A stretch of 64,000 nt of DNA from Corallochytrium limacisporum Hawaii (Eukaryota; Protista; Pluriformea): contig PDIP01000005.1 in assembly GCA_002811645.1 (NCBI GenBank), positions 73,198-137,197 of the forward strand, read 5' to 3'. The notes under the pieces were generated by a model. That model did no database searches and was not told the DNA's origin. It was given only the letters and a program-made list of their open reading frames with translations. The position numbers and the translations under genes are program-made. Below, piece by piece: positions 54,401-64,000 of the stretch. Numbering within the stretch: position 1 is the first letter of the stretch; every line of letters begins with the position of its first letter.

Positions 54401-55813
54401 TCATTTCAGGTTGAGATTGGCCAGGAACTCTCGAATGTCGTCGTCACCGCCGATTGTCTCCCTTGACAACCCCAGGTTCGCCAGGGAATGCCTTAGAACG
54501 TTGGAGCTCTCATGCGTTCTTCGTGAAGCCAGGTCACCCCCGCTGCTCTGCTGGCTCGCGGTCTCTGGGTCCGGGTGCTGGCTGTGGTTCTGCAGATTTG
54601 TATGCGACCGGCCCAGGGGAAAGGTATTGTTGTACTGGCTGAGGTTACCCATTGATCCAAACATTGGCATACTACCCGCAAGGTTGGCTTGTGACTGACC
54701 TATCCCACCGCCCAGAGCACCAAGCATCTGCTGATTCAGGAATCCAATAAGTCGGGCCTTGAAATCCCCGAGATCTCCAGCGAGGGCCTGGAGCTTGCGG
54801 TCGGTCTGGTCCCGATGGCCAGTTTCCTTCTCTTTCATGACCTTCAGCTCCTTCTCTAGCGCCTCCCGTGCGCTTCGCTCGGTCTCCAATTCCTTGGACA
54901 GCTGTTCTAATCCATTCCTGGTCTCGTCATGGCCCTTTTGTATGTCTTCGACAGATTTCTCCCGCTTTTTCGTCTTCGTTTCCATGTCGGTGATTCGTTG
55001 GACCATCTCTGTGTGAAGTTTCTCGTGCTTTTCGTCAATTGTCTTGATTATCTTTGTGATGGATTCCTGCTGGGAAAGCAGAGACTCATTGACCTGGGAC
55101 GCTAGCTTGCTCAGGGCCTCTTCCGTCACGCGCCGCAGTTCGGAAATCATCGCGGCCGTCCGATCTGCCTCCGTAGTTAGAGCTTCCTTTGTGGCCTCAC
55201 CGAGGGTGCTTACGGCTGATCTCGATTCATTTAACATGTTCAAGAGATGCTGCTGAAGTTCCGTGACAGCATTCGTTTGCGCATCCAATTGTTCCCTGAA
55301 TTTGTTTACCTCCTCCATGGAGCTATGGAAATTATCAGCTAAGTCGTTGATCTCTTTGCGCTGCAGGTTCACGATCTGGTCCGTCAGTTGCAAAATATTC
55401 TCGCTCGCGCCCACACGCTTGGCAATTACTGTACAATCCTGTTCGACCTGTGACACTCTCGATCGGAACTCGTCGTTCTCCACTTTGAATATTGCAATTT
55501 CTTCCCTGCCGCTGTGTTTACTCTTCTTTTGCATCTGCGAGGCGATTCGGTCCAGGCGTCGTGTCAGTTCCCGCTCTATCCGCCACACTTCAGTGGCCAA
55601 TGGTGTTGTGTCCACATAGCGCTGGTAATAAGGCTGCTGCTGTACTCCAGGTGGCGGATATGATCGTCCCATGTCAGACGAGGAAACCTGGTCGTCGTGG
55701 TATGCGTGGAATGAGTGATGCATGGGCTGTGTAGGACTGGGTGCACGTGGTAATGGTGCGTAGTCGTCAATGATGACCCTTGCAGGTTCGGATCGGAACG
55801 AAGTTTCTGTCAT
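54401..55813 (-). CDS. Hypothetical long coiled-coil protein
   Basis: 470-aa ATG ORF with a heptad-rich central ~280 aa and disordered ends. Confidence 0.75.
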   Translation of the reverse strand: MTETSFRSEPARVIIDDYAPLPRAPSPTQPMHHSFHAYHDDQVSSSDMGRSYPPPGVQQQPYYQRYVDTTPLATEVWRIERELTRRLDRIASQMQKKSKHSGREEIAIFKVENDEFRSRVSQVEQDCTVIAKRVGASENILQLTDQIVNLQRKEINDLADNFHSSMEEVNKFREQLDAQTNAVTELQQHLLNMLNESRSAVSTLGEATKEALTTEADRTAAMISELRRVTEEALSKLASQVNESLLSQQESITKIIKTIDEKHEKLHTEMVQRITDMETKTKKREKSVEDIQKGHDETRNGLEQLSKELETERSAREALEKELKVMKEKETGHRDQTDRKLQALAGDLGDFKARLIGFLNQQMLGALGGGIGQSQANLAGSMPMFGSMGNLSQYNNTFPLGRSHTNLQNHSQHPDPETASQQSSGGDLASRRTHESSNVLRHSLANLGLSRETIGGDDDIREFLANLNLK

Positions 55814-56751
55814 CTTTCACTGTATATCGATGCCAAACAAACTTGCTTTTCTTCCCCCTAGCTTAGAGTCACGCAGTTGCTAGTCGTGTAGCTTCCTTCA
55901 TTAACAATTTCTTCCGTCTGCACATAGTAAGGCAGTCGTGCGTGTTTCCTTCGCTTCAGATGTTTCGTTTTCAAAACACTTACCGATCTTTGTCTTTCCA
56001 TGGTCCCACTCTATGGCTTGCTCAAGTGATGAAGTGCCTTTATCTTGTACCACTGTGGGCGAAACTCAGTGCTGTCTGAGACCCTCGCCTTTCCTGCACC
56101 ATTTCAGTACTGGAGGGGGTGGCCCCCCTCCCCGAACCGATTCTCGGAATATCGAGCAAGCGGGTACCATACTGAAACCAAGCCGGCAGCCTCGGGTTGT
56201 GTATAATTGGAGGGCCCGGGCCGGGCTCCTCCCAAATCGGTGTGCCCAGTGGGGCGGGAGCCCAGAGGAGGCGAAGGGTGGGGGGGGCCAACTGTGGAGA
56301 TAATTTGGAACAGGCTCTTCAGTCCCTTATTTCTTTGTGCCTCTCTCAGTCTTTTGTCATCGTCCCAGTACAGCCACTATAAAAAGCCAGGCGCCCTTTT
56401 TTCAAAATTTCCGCGGGCTCTCCGGCTCTCCAGTCTCATGCAATGGGAAATGGACTCCCTCGGAATCTTCGGTTCAGAGATGAAGAAAACGAGAAGGGCG
56501 CACTGACCTCAGACGATGGGGGGTCCCAGGGTTCGGGCAGTGTGCTTCTTGGCGCCAAAGCTTCAGAGAGACCCGCTGGAGGGCTGGATAACGACTGTGC
56601 AGCCGCAAAGGGCAAGAACTCGGCAGGGGTGTTTGAAGCATTTCACATTAGCGACATATTTGTTTCTGCAGAAAGCGCATTGAGCCATCTGTGATCAGGT
56701 TGTTTTGGATTGGTGAAATGGGTGTTTTTAGAACCGCAGCAACAAGCAACC

Positions 56752-57531
56752 ATGGGCCGAGCACGCAAGCAAGTGAACTACGCAGTAGACGTAGATTCTG
56801 ATGAAGACGAGGATTTCATGACTCCTTCTTTGTCTCAGGCAGCAAAAAAGCGCAAGGATAAAGGAGATGGATCCGGATCCGCAAAGAAGAAAAAGAAGAA
56901 AGACAAGGACGACGAAGATTTTGACTTGGACGGAGCAATTCGAGGGGAAAGTGCATCCGACTTTGAAACAGAAGTCGAAAATGTTGACAACGCTGGCGCT
57001 GGCGATGACGATGACGACGATGAAGACTTTGACATGGAAGAAAAGCCCAAGAAAAAAGTGAAAAAGAAGGCATCACCAAAGAAAAAGGGTTCGACAAAGA
57101 AGGCGACTGCCCGTGCGGAGAAATCGGGCAAGAGAGTTAACACCGTCACAAAGAGGAAAACGTCGTCATCACCAACAACAGGGAAACCCTTGCGAACCTC
57201 GATGACGAGCAACATTCCCAACCTTCATGCCGGGTCATCAAAACCGCTTGCTGGTCTAACTGGAGCCCGTGGAGGCGGCTTGTCCAAATCGAAGCTCTCT
57301 GGCGGTGCAGGGTCCTCTCTGAAGCCAGGCCTCAAGAACCTCCTGACCGGAGCCCGACATCATGGTCTCACAAAACCCGGAATTTTAAGATCAAAGCCTG
57401 CTGGCGGGCTCCCCGGATCCGGCAAGTCTTTGGCTGAAACTGGTCTGCTCACCGGAGCACGCCCTATGGGGATGCGCAAGAGTCAGAAGGCCAAACCGCT
57501 CCATCCATACTTGAACAGTGTCACAGACTAA
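56752..57531 (+). CDS. RAD51AP1/NUCKS-like acidic-basic nuclear protein
   Basis: N-terminus RARKQVNY..DSDEDEDF and C-terminus GMRKSQKAKPLHP resemble the RAD51AP1 termini. ATG at 56752. Confidence 0.6.
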   Translation: MGRARKQVNYAVDVDSDEDEDFMTPSLSQAAKKRKDKGDGSGSAKKKKKKDKDDEDFDLDGAIRGESASDFETEVENVDNAGAGDDDDDDEDFDMEEKPKKKVKKKASPKKKGSTKKATARAEKSGKRVNTVTKRKTSSSPTTGKPLRTSMTSNIPNLHAGSSKPLAGLTGARGGGLSKSKLSGGAGSSLKPGLKNLLTGARHHGLTKPGILRSKPAGGLPGSGKSLAETGLLTGARPMGMRKSQKAKPLHPYLNSVTD

Positions 57532-57597
57532 TATCCAGATATGAATAAAACTCATAACATGTTACATTCTTTAACCAAATAATCTCATAAACGTTCA

Positions 57598-58455
57598 TCA
57601 TCCCCGAGCAAACTCATACGCTACTCGTTCTATCGCATCCGCCGACACAGACATGAGCAACAGCACTGGTCTCTCTCTGTCCTCTACAAATTCCACATCC
57701 GTACGTGCATGGTGCCGGAAAATGTCCGACACTGCGGTGTCAAAGTCCTCAATCTCTCGGATAGCAAGGCCACTCGCTCTTGCTTTGTCACAGAAGCGCT
57801 GAAGAGACCCAGCACGTCGTGGTTGGATGGCGATGGTCACGCCGTCACCTCCCATGGAGCTGCGCAGAACCTGCAGCAGGGCGTCATGGACGGTTTCGTA
57901 GTAAAGGCAGTCGGCCAGAAGGACGTAGTCAAAGTTACCAGCACTGCCAGGGCTGAAATTTGTAGTCCAGATCAATTTTTCGCTGGTAACATTGGGGCAA
58001 AGGGTATACGGCTTCGCCGTGGCAATGTTGCGCAGCAGCGCTGCTGCACAGTCTTCGTTGCCGTCAGTTAGGTGGATCCGTGAAGCACAAACGCGCGTTC
58101 CCAATAAGAGCCCAGCTAGACAGGTCATTCCTCCACCGAGTTCCAGCACGGCCCGGTCCTTGAAGACGTGAGATCGGCTGAGACATACATGGGCCAGCAC
58201 CCGCTCGCACGGCCAGATCTGTACATTTCCGGTGTTATCAAAACCCAGAAGCTTGAGTGAGTCAATGCTGTGCTTCCCGATCAGCAAATCCACGGTTGTA
58301 TCATCGGATAGAGGTACAGTCATGTACACTTCATCCTCACTGTCATACTTTTTTCCCTTGTAGAATGGGAATATATCTCTCTGTTGGTCACTGGTGTTTC
58401 CATCCTTCAAGGCCTTGGCAAGCAGAAGCCACCGTTTCTTGGCCTTAGTTACCAT
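57598..58455 (-). CDS. CAMKMT: Calmodulin-lysine N-methyltransferase
   Basis: AKKRWLLLAKAL, GFDNTGNVQIWPCE, VLELGGGMTCLAGL, LTDGN and ADCLY. Likely ATG at 58455; the ORF is open to 58587. Confidence 0.92.
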   Translation of the reverse strand: MVTKAKKRWLLLAKALKDGNTSDQQRDIFPFYKGKKYDSEDEVYMTVPLSDDTTVDLLIGKHSIDSLKLLGFDNTGNVQIWPCERVLAHVCLSRSHVFKDRAVLELGGGMTCLAGLLLGTRVCASRIHLTDGNEDCAAALLRNIATAKPYTLCPNVTSEKLIWTTNFSPGSAGNFDYVLLADCLYYETVHDALLQVLRSSMGGDGVTIAIQPRRAGSLQRFCDKARASGLAIREIEDFDTAVSDIFRHHARTDVEFVEDRERPVLLLMSVSADAIERVAYEFARG

Positions 58456-59011
58456 TTTGGTCCGTATTACACCGGCTGCCTGAAGAAGATCATTGGCAGT
58501 ATGTTGCGATCCCTCTTGTTTACCTTTACAAACCATAAAGGTGCTGCCACCACAGCGGAGCACAATAGCACTAGGCGGCGCGACCATGGGACTGGGGACC
58601 GGGGCCGCCTTAAGCCACCGGCCGGGCCCTTTGAGAGGGAAATTCCCCTCTCCCCAACCTCCCCCTTTTCCCCCTGCCCAATGGACGACGAGGTGGTCTC
58701 AGCCGACAATCTTTCTGATTTGTGACCTGACTGTTCTTCGGGAGGGTACGGAACGGGGAGACCTCAGGGTTGGGGAGAATTTGGCCGGAATGTACCGCTC
58801 GCGGAGAGTATTTGAGTCCATACACCAACATACCAATCGGTGCGAAGTCTTCTAATTATACGACGTCGTATATACACTATCAGTGTATGGGACGTTTGGT
58901 TCGTTGCTCGACTCTCACAGTTCAATAAGTTGTTTGGCAAGTCTACAGTAGCGGGTACTGTCGGAGTCTCGGATGCGACTGTAAATCGCTTACCCTGGGT
59001 CAGTCTTCAGC

Positions 59012-60832
59012 ATGAATATAGATCCCACCCATCTGCTGTCGTTCGGTGGGGACAGCGAGGATGATAGTTCGGACGATGACATGGACAACGGGGAGCTGGA
59101 GAGATTCTCATTGGTTCTGAGAGCAATGCATACGGAAACCCTCGGACCGGCGGACCGCATGAACCCTGTGCCGGGTTTCAAGAGGCGCTGGAAAAAGGAA
59201 GCTGCAAGGATACGGAACTCAAAGGAATCCCTTGATCTCCCCAAAGGACCCAGAGAAGTGAATTGGAATTCCCTGCCGGACGAGGTTTTGAGCCTGATCT
59301 TCTCAAATCTGCACCCGGTCGAATGGGCCACCTGTGCTCTGGTATGCAGTCGCTGGCATCGTGTCATCCATGAGAATGACGTCTTGTGGCGTGACAAATT
59401 GCGAACTGTACTCAAGCAAGATCCGAACTATCTCGGATTTTTCGACCAAAGACTGCAACTTCACGCGACTATGAACTGTCATCTGCACACGACAGAAGAA
59501 TGCATAGATGCCAAATCGTGTCGATGTAGGTCTCAAAATTGTAAACAGAAGGGTCCGTACATGGGCGTCAAGTACAATGGAAGAAAGAAACCACTTATTC
59601 AAAAGGATGGTGGCATGACCTACAGAGAATCCTTCCAAAAGCGCTGGAATGCGGCGGCAGGATGTATCGATGCCGGTAGTGGTTACCTCCGCTGTGCATG
59701 GAGCCACGGGCAGCCGGGTATTGCGCGCTTCTGTGCCACTCAGAGCACTATCATTGGTACCGCGAGCATGGAGAGCACTGAGGCTGTTTTGGATGCTGCA
59801 CACCATCTTCTGACTGGTGATGATGATGACGTCTTGAGACATGCCGTTGTTTCCATCCCGTCGCCACAGCAATCTTACGATAGAACGAACGCTCGGCAAC
59901 ATATTGAACACGTACTCACTGTGATGCTAGAGCGGCATGCTCTGGAATCTGTTACTTTGGTACCGCAGCCCCACGCTGTGCTCCTTCAAGAGGCGTGTGA
60001 TACGGGCATGGTTGTGAACATTGGATTTCAACGCACAACAGTGGACTTCGTGTATAAGTTTGCCAGTGTCCCCGTGGAGCTGGACATGAAACTTGAAGTG
60101 GGAGCTATGCAAGTTACTCTGAGATTGGCACAGCTGCTGGAGCGGAGAGGTATTCCGTATTCCAATATGTTCGTCGTGCGAAATGTGAAGGACAAGCACT
60201 GCTACGTGACGGAGCCATTCCCCCAGAACGGTGGTCAACATATCGGAGAGAAAGGAGCGTGTACCTGGCGCGTGAATGGCAGTCGGTATACCCTGGATCA
60301 GGAACGATGGATGGCTCCTGAGGTCCTGTTCCATCCTGCGCAATTCGATGACAGTCGACACTTTTACGGGACCGAAGGACCAGGACTGTCGCATTTCCTT
60401 CTGAGCAGGATTTGCGAGTCATGGGAGTCCCACCGCCAAGGCTATGAACATGTTAGTGGCCTTATTTCGGACTGCCTGAGCAATGTTATCATCAGCGGTG
60501 GTGGCGCCGTCATCCCCGGAATTTCAGAGCGCATCTTGTCGGACTTTCGGACGGCCAAGGAGCAGAAAGGCAAACTACCAGTCTGGGATGCCTCGGGGAG
60601 TCGCTACACCCCTTTCCAAATTCCCAACTGGAACCCCGAGGCTCTTGACAATGTTCGCATATCCACTGCCATAGGACGTCGCCCCGACTCTGGTCCAGGT
60701 AACACCTGCTTAGAGGGACTCCAAGAGGTTGGTAAAGCTGCCGAACTGCCCTTCCGGTGGACAGTCACGAAGAAGGAATGGGACGAAGGTTTCTGCGATA
60801 GAATTGGAAACTATTGGGAGATGTGGTACTAG
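59012..60832 (+). CDS. F-box + actin-related protein fusion (plant ARP8-like architecture)
   Basis: F-box SLPDEVLSLIFSNL..CALVCSRW; actin-fold motifs IDAGSGY, GMVVNIGF, VKDKHCYV, ERWMAPEVLFHP and NVIISGG. Confidence 0.88.
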   Translation: MNIDPTHLLSFGGDSEDDSSDDDMDNGELERFSLVLRAMHTETLGPADRMNPVPGFKRRWKKEAARIRNSKESLDLPKGPREVNWNSLPDEVLSLIFSNLHPVEWATCALVCSRWHRVIHENDVLWRDKLRTVLKQDPNYLGFFDQRLQLHATMNCHLHTTEECIDAKSCRCRSQNCKQKGPYMGVKYNGRKKPLIQKDGGMTYRESFQKRWNAAAGCIDAGSGYLRCAWSHGQPGIARFCATQSTIIGTASMESTEAVLDAAHHLLTGDDDDVLRHAVVSIPSPQQSYDRTNARQHIEHVLTVMLERHALESVTLVPQPHAVLLQEACDTGMVVNIGFQRTTVDFVYKFASVPVELDMKLEVGAMQVTLRLAQLLERRGIPYSNMFVVRNVKDKHCYVTEPFPQNGGQHIGEKGACTWRVNGSRYTLDQERWMAPEVLFHPAQFDDSRHFYGTEGPGLSHFLLSRICESWESHRQGYEHVSGLISDCLSNVIISGGGAVIPGISERILSDFRTAKEQKGKLPVWDASGSRYTPFQIPNWNPEALDNVRISTAIGRRPDSGPGNTCLEGLQEVGKAAELPFRWTVTKKEWDEGFCDRIGNYWEMWY

Positions 60833-63270
60833 AGCGCTTACTGTGGAGTGCACTACGCAACTGTGCATGCAGAAGATCCCGCTCCGTGCAAGACATAACA
60901 TGAAATTAAACAATTGCGCGATATGGTCCTGTGATGCGTTATATGCATGTCGCCGATACCATTCTTGGAAGTGTGAATGCTGGTCGGTTACCATCTCTGT
61001 ACGGGATGACATCTGCTGCCGTCTCCGAGGAACACCATGATCCCATCGTCCCTTATCGTCCAATGAACACTGTGCTCATTCAGCCAATGCCGCAAGCGGG
61101 GCGCAATGGTAGCGGACCATGAACGATCTCTCTGGTCCGAAACATTCATATTCCATCTCGCTCCCATAATGTATTTGATACACGCGCTACTCGCCCACTC
61201 TTCCCCATTTCGAGTATGTGAAGTTTTTTGGTTCTCGCCCCCTCGCCTGACGCAGTTCGACAGCTGGTCACACCATCGATAATACACAGTCAGAGTGAAT
61301 GCATCCCGATATTAAGTGTTCAGATCTGATCTCACTGGAGCTTTGGAAAATTTGCCTCAACCGCGCTCATTCGCCACAGTGCTTCCTGTTTGGTCCATGT
61401 GGCAGAGTCCAGTGGTACCGTTGGAGTGATGTACGGGTATGTGTAATCATGTTGGTGCTTAGGCTAACCTGCATGCTGCATGCTGCTGCTTCACCGCCAC
61501 CCTCACACACTGGCTGCCATTCTGCGCCTTTCCCACCCGGCGAGTATCTTGGCCTGACCCAGTTTTCATTTCCGAGTGATCTCTGTGGCTTGCGCGCTGC
61601 CGTCCCTGCGCCCTGTCCCTTTGGCCGAGAAGAGAGGTTTGGGGGGGGGGGGCGCCGGCGGACCACAGGGGTTGGCCCTGTTGCAGTACTCTGAGTACAT
61701 CCTCGGAGTTTGGTGCGGGCTGCGCGCACGACCGAATTACGTACTCAGTTGGTACAACACCGAGTCGTGAACGTGGGCGCTGTTAAACAAGAAACTATCG
61801 CGGTTCTCCGCCGCTAACAGTTCGGACGGTTTGTAACCGGCTGCTGGGGCCGAGTGTACAATGTTTTGCCTTTTTTTTTCCTTGTGTGTGTGTGTGTGTG
61901 TGCCCAATGTCCTCCAAACGCCAAGGTCCTCACTGTATCAGCGCCCTACTTTTTTCCGTGGTGTGAGGGATAGCGGCACACACACACACACACACACTTC
62001 CAAAGGGGGGTTGGGGGACCACCCCGGGGGCTTCGGGCGTTTGGCCACAACAATGGAAGCGGTCGGGCCATACTCGTTTCTTGGCGATGCGCCTCTGCTA
62101 CTAACGAGCCAAATCCTGAGAGTCTTCTTTGGTCTTTGTGTACTGCTTTTCTTGGGTCTCCGTCCTCTCTCCACACACACACAAAAAGACCCCACCGTAG
62201 AGCGGACGGACCCCTCTCTCTCTCGCTCGCTCTTTCGTCTTTTCTTCTTCCCAGCCCCGTACTGACGCGCTCAGCTGCCAACTTTTTTATTATCCTACCC
62301 CCAACCCTGCCCTGCCCTCTCTTCGTGCTGCGCTTTTGCTCCGAGGGAAGTCTGCGCGCACCCAGTATTTTTTTTTGGGGCAGTAGCCATTGTTTTTTTT
62401 CGCGACGGGCGATCGAACAGAGCCCCTTCCCCCTATTTTTTAGTATTTCTCCTCCGCAAGTTACCCCCCCCCCCGGTTAGAGTGAGTGTGGAATGACAAA
62501 TTTATTCTCTCTTTACCGTGTTCCCCTCCCCCTTCCCCTCCATTGCTTCCTTGGTTTTCTCTTCCGTTTGGGAAAAACTTATCAGGGGCTCAGGGTGCCC
62601 CCCTCCCCCCCCAGAAGGAGGGAGAGGGAACGGACCGATGGGACAAAGTGTTTCTGTTGGCCCCCCCCCCCCGGGGGGTGTGGGGGGAAGGGGGCAGGAG
62701 GTCTTTTGTTACTTACTTTGCACACACACTGGCTTTGTACAGGAGGAGGGATGATTCCGACTTTCGGGCCCGTGGTTCTCAGGACAAAGTGACACAGAAG
62801 GGGAGACACTCAACCTCTGCACAGGCGGAACTCACCCCGTTCTCTGCCCTCAGATTTCCCCGGTGTGCCGGCCCTCTACTCCGTGGGTGATCTGTCTGCT
62901 GTGCCCGTGGTGTCGTGTGCCTTACACCGGCCGCAAACTCCTCTGTGACTGTGCTGTTGTGCAGTGGCAGCAGTAAGGCCGATGCCTGCGAGCTAGAATT
63001 GTGTTCTGCCTTTTATTTTGGAGTGTGTGTACATGTCATAGTCAATTCCCCCGCAAGGTCAGGATTTTTCGTATTAAGCCTCTTGTGTTGCTATACAGAA
63101 ACTGAGAACAATTGAGAAAGTGATGAGTGCACATGTTCAGTGCAGAACTGAGGCATCGAGCTGACAACTCTGGGTACTTTTAGGCGACAGTGTCCCATGA
63201 TTGTGGCATCTCCTCAACACGTACTCATATCTCAGGTTTCCATTGAGAAGTACGTCATTGTAAGCCGATC

Positions 63271-64000
63271 ATGAAGTTCTTCAGCATTTTGGGACTGGCT
63301 GCTCTGCCTGCGCTCGCTAGTGCGTGGCTCTTCGAGCCCTCGGCCATGAGCGTGGACCGCCACCATTCTCTCAGCGACAAGCACCGCGCCAAGAAGATTG
63401 AGGGTCTGTGTGATACTGTGGACCAGGAGGCTGGCTACATTGACATTGGTGATGGCAAAAACATTTTCTACTGGTACTTTGACTCCCGCAATGACCCTTC
63501 CAATGATCCCGTCATGATTTGGTTCACTGGAGGCCCCGGCTGCTCTTCAGCTGTCGCTCTCTTCCACGAGAACGGTCCCTGCCACATCCAGGAGGACAAC
63601 AAGACCACCAAGCCAAATCCCTACTCCTGGACCAACAAAGCGAACGTGCTCTGGATTGACCAGCCCGCTGGAGTTGGATTCAGTTACGGACCCGAGGACG
63701 ACCGCAACGAAAACGACGTGGCTGATGACATGATCACTTTCCTGACGGTCTTCTTCGAGAGCTACCCTGAGATCAAGCACCGCCAATTTTTCATCTTCGG
63801 AGAGTCCTACGGAGGACACTACGTGCCTGCCGTGGCCGCACGTGTGCAGATCTGGAATAAGAACGCTAAATCAGAGGATGAGAAGATCAACCTGGTCGGC
63901 ATTGGTATCGGAAACGGTCTAACCGACCCTCTTCACCAGTACCCTGAATACCCAGAGTATGCGTACAAGAACCATGTCAAGCCTCTTGTATCCAAGGACG
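63271..64000 (+). CDS. Serine carboxypeptidase family S10 (CPY-like), truncated by the window end
   Basis: Not in the ORF track. ATG at 63271 with signal peptide MKFFSILGLAALPALASA; FYWYFDSRNDP, WFTGGPGCSS, WIDQPAGVGFSY, GESYGGHY and GIGIGNG. Confidence 0.95.
   Translation, partial: MKFFSILGLAALPALASAWLFEPSAMSVDRHHSLSDKHRAKKIEGLCDTVDQEAGYIDIGDGKNIFYWYFDSRNDPSNDPVMIWFTGGPGCSSAVALFHENGPCHIQEDNKTTKPNPYSWTNKANVLWIDQPAGVGFSYGPEDDRNENDVADDMITFLTVFFESYPEIKHRQFFIFGESYGGHYVPAVAARVQIWNKNAKSEDEKINLVGIGIGNGLTDPLHQYPEYPEYAYKNHVKPLVSKD

Noticed and set aside
1-64000. CRISPR arrays, transposases, reverse transcriptases or prokaryotic operons
   Set aside because: None seen; gene content is eukaryotic and neighbouring genes appear functionally unrelated.

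Overview
Gene-dense eukaryotic nuclear DNA that appears to lack introns, with about 28 protein-coding loci and one 162-N scaffold gap. Gene content suggests a unicellular relative of animals: chorismate synthase excludes animals, while POMT2-type PMT, KICS2, RAD51AP1-like and androglobin-like genes point to Holozoa. A Corallochytrium-like lineage would fit, but that is inference. Most genes are intact single ORFs of housekeeping families (NBAS, IST1, HRD1, UBXN1, NIT2, ZIP9, NDUFAF5, TPC, PRPS, CAMKMT, S10 and S28 peptidases). They are mostly arranged as tight tail-to-tail pairs separated by longer 5' regions rich in G/C runs. Main points for follow-up: (1) the only two frameshift-broken loci both belong to cilium-associated families (ZC2HC1-like; androglobin C-terminal-like) and every junction is -1; (2) a ~295-nt nested-helix structured RNA candidate at 3526-3820; (3) an F-box/actin fusion resembling plant ARP8; (4) a 37-aa tandem repeat inserted in NBAS; (5) an arginase-fold protein lacking its metal ligands; (6) a RAD51AP1-like protein outside animals. 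All family calls come from motifs recognised by eye; no database search was run.
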